DNA from: Macrostomum lignano
Taxonomy: Eukaryota
DNA: 64,000 nucleotides
Direction of reading: 5' to 3'
Assembly: GCA_002269645.1 (NCBI GenBank)
Contig: NIVC01003535.1
Span: forward strand, 1-64,000
Every line of letters begins with the position of its first letter. Within the stretch, counting starts at the first letter, position 1. Position numbers and translations under genes: made by a program. The notes under the pieces are model-generated. The model was not told the origin of the DNA and did no database searches. It saw only the letters and a program-made list of their open reading frames with translations. Below are positions 61,879 to 64,000 of this stretch, piece by piece.

Positions 61879-64000
61879 TTTGACTACCAGCGACATTTGA
61901 CTGTTAAAGACATTTGACTACCAGTGACATTTGACTGTCAGAGACATTTGACTACCAGTGACATTTGACTACCAGTGACATTTGACTGTCAGAGACATTT
62001 GACTACCAGTGACATTTGACTGTCAGAGACATTTGACTACCAGTGACATTTGACTACCAGTGACATTTGACTGTCAGAGACATTTGACTACCAGTGACAT
62101 TTGACTACCAGTGACATTTGACTGTCAGAGACATTTGACTACCAGTGACATTTGACTACCAGTGACATTTGACTGTCAGAGACATTTGACTACCAGTGAC
62201 ATTTGACTACCAGTGACATTTGACTACCAGTGACATTTGACTACCAGTGACATTTGACTGTCAGAGACATTTGACTACCAGTGACATTTGACTACCAGTG
62301 ACATTTGACTGTCAGAGACATTTGACTGTCAGTGACATTTGAATACCAGTGACATTTGACTGTCAGAGACATTTGACTACCAGTGACATTTGACTACCAG
62401 TGACATTTGACTGTCAGAGACATTTGACTACCAGTGACATTTGACTACCAGTGACATTTGACTGTCAGAGACATTTGACTACCAGTGACATTTGACTACC
62501 AGTGACATTTGACTACCAGTGACATTTGACTACCAGTGACATTTGACTGTCAGAGACATTTGACTACCAGTGACATTTGACTACCAGTGACATTTGACTG
62601 TCAGAGACATTTGACTACCAGTGACATTTGAATACCAGTGACATTTGACTGTCAGAGACATTTGACTACCAGTGACATTTGACTACCAGTGACATTTGAC
62701 TGTCAGAGACATTTGACTACCAGTGACATTTGACTACCAGTGACATTTGACTGTCAGAGACATTTGACTATCAGTGACATTTGACTACCAGTGACATTTG
62801 ACTGTCAGAGACATTTGACAACCAGTGACATTTGACTACCAGTGACATTTGACTACCAGTGACATTTGACTGTCAGAGACATTTGACAACCAGTGACATT
62901 TGACTGCCAGTGACATTTGAATACCAGTGACATTTGACTACCAGTGACATTTGACTGTCAGAGACATTTGAATACCAGTGACATTTGACTACCAGTGACA
63001 TTTGACTGTCAGTGACATTTGAATACCAGTGACATTTGACTACCAGTGACATTTGACTGTCAGAGACATTTGACTACCAGTGACATTTGACTGTCAGTGA
63101 CATTTGACTACCAGTGACATTTGACAACCAGTGACATTTGACTACCAGTGACATTTGACTACCAGTGACATTTGACTGTCAGAGACATTTGACAACCAGT
63201 GACATTTGACTACCAGTGACATTTGACTGCCAGTGACATTTGAATACCAGTGACATTTGACTACCAGTGACATTTGACTGTCAGTGACATTTGAATACCA
63301 GTGACATTTGACTACCAGTGACATTTGACTGTCAGAGACATTTGACTACCAGTGACATTTGACTGTCAGTGACATTTGACTACCAGTGACATTTGACTAC
63401 CAGTGACATTTGACTGTCAGAGACATTTGACAACCAGTGACATTTGACTACCAGTGACATTTGACTACCAGTGACATTTGACTGTCAGAGACATTTGACA
63501 ACCAGTGACATTTGACTACCAGTGACATTTGACTGCCAGTGACATTTGAATACCAGTGACATTTGACAACCAGTGACATTTGACTACCAGTGACATTTGA
63601 CTACCAGTGACATTTGACTGTCAGAGACATTTGACAACCAGTGACATTTGACTACCAGTGACATTTGACTGTCAGAGACATTTGACTACCAGTGAAATTT
63701 GACTGTCACAGACATTTGAATACCAGTGACATTTGACTACCAGTGACATTTGACTGTCAGAGACATTTAACTACCAGTGCCATTTGACTACCAGTGACAT
63801 TTGACTGCCAGAGACATTTAACTACCAGTGACATTTGACTGTCAGAGACATTTGACTGTCAGTGACATTTGAATACCAGTGACATTTGACTGTCAGTGAC
63901 ATTTGACTGTCAGTGACATTTGACTGTCAGTGACATTTGACTGTCAGTGACATTTGACTGTCAGTGACATTTGACTGTCAGAGACATTTAACTACCAGTG
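61879..64000. repeat. 17-bp satellite (~125 copies, runs off the window) in CNOT1 intron 2
   Basis: Monomers CAGTGACATTTGACTAC, CAGTGACATTTGACTGT and CAGAGACATTTGACTAC. Confidence 0.97.

Overview
Repeat-rich animal genomic DNA with GC-rich exons and mostly 70-95 nt GT-AG introns. It is probably a free-living flatworm such as Macrostomum, which is an inference from gene style only. Half the window (3317-35117) is a head-to-tail stack of nine diverged, partly chimeric ~2.6-3.6 kb non-autonomous Helitron-like elements: A|TC start, GC hairpins, CTTG|T end, no TSD, long GA-rich purine tract. Unit 3 carries an intact Ty3/gypsy LTR retrotransposon (11182-16167) with a 4-bp TSD, tRNA-Leu PBS, PPT, and gag/pol joined by a GGGAAAC -1 frameshift signal. 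Host genes are: a PTB-domain gene broken by homopolymer frameshifts (750-2143, minus); a probable second frameshifted minus-strand gene (~37.0-39.5 kb); a 10-exon Cys-loop anion channel subunit (GluCl/GlyR-like, 42706-48142) with an in-frame TGA at apparent codon 3; an acidic HQGDEDAE-repeat protein (minus); a 3-exon orphan 230-aa gene whose second intron is ~97% (AACC)n; and the first two coding exons of CNOT1. Two tRNA-derived SINE families (one CORE-type) and many mini/microsatellites fill the rest. No rRNA, genuine tRNA or CRISPR array was found.
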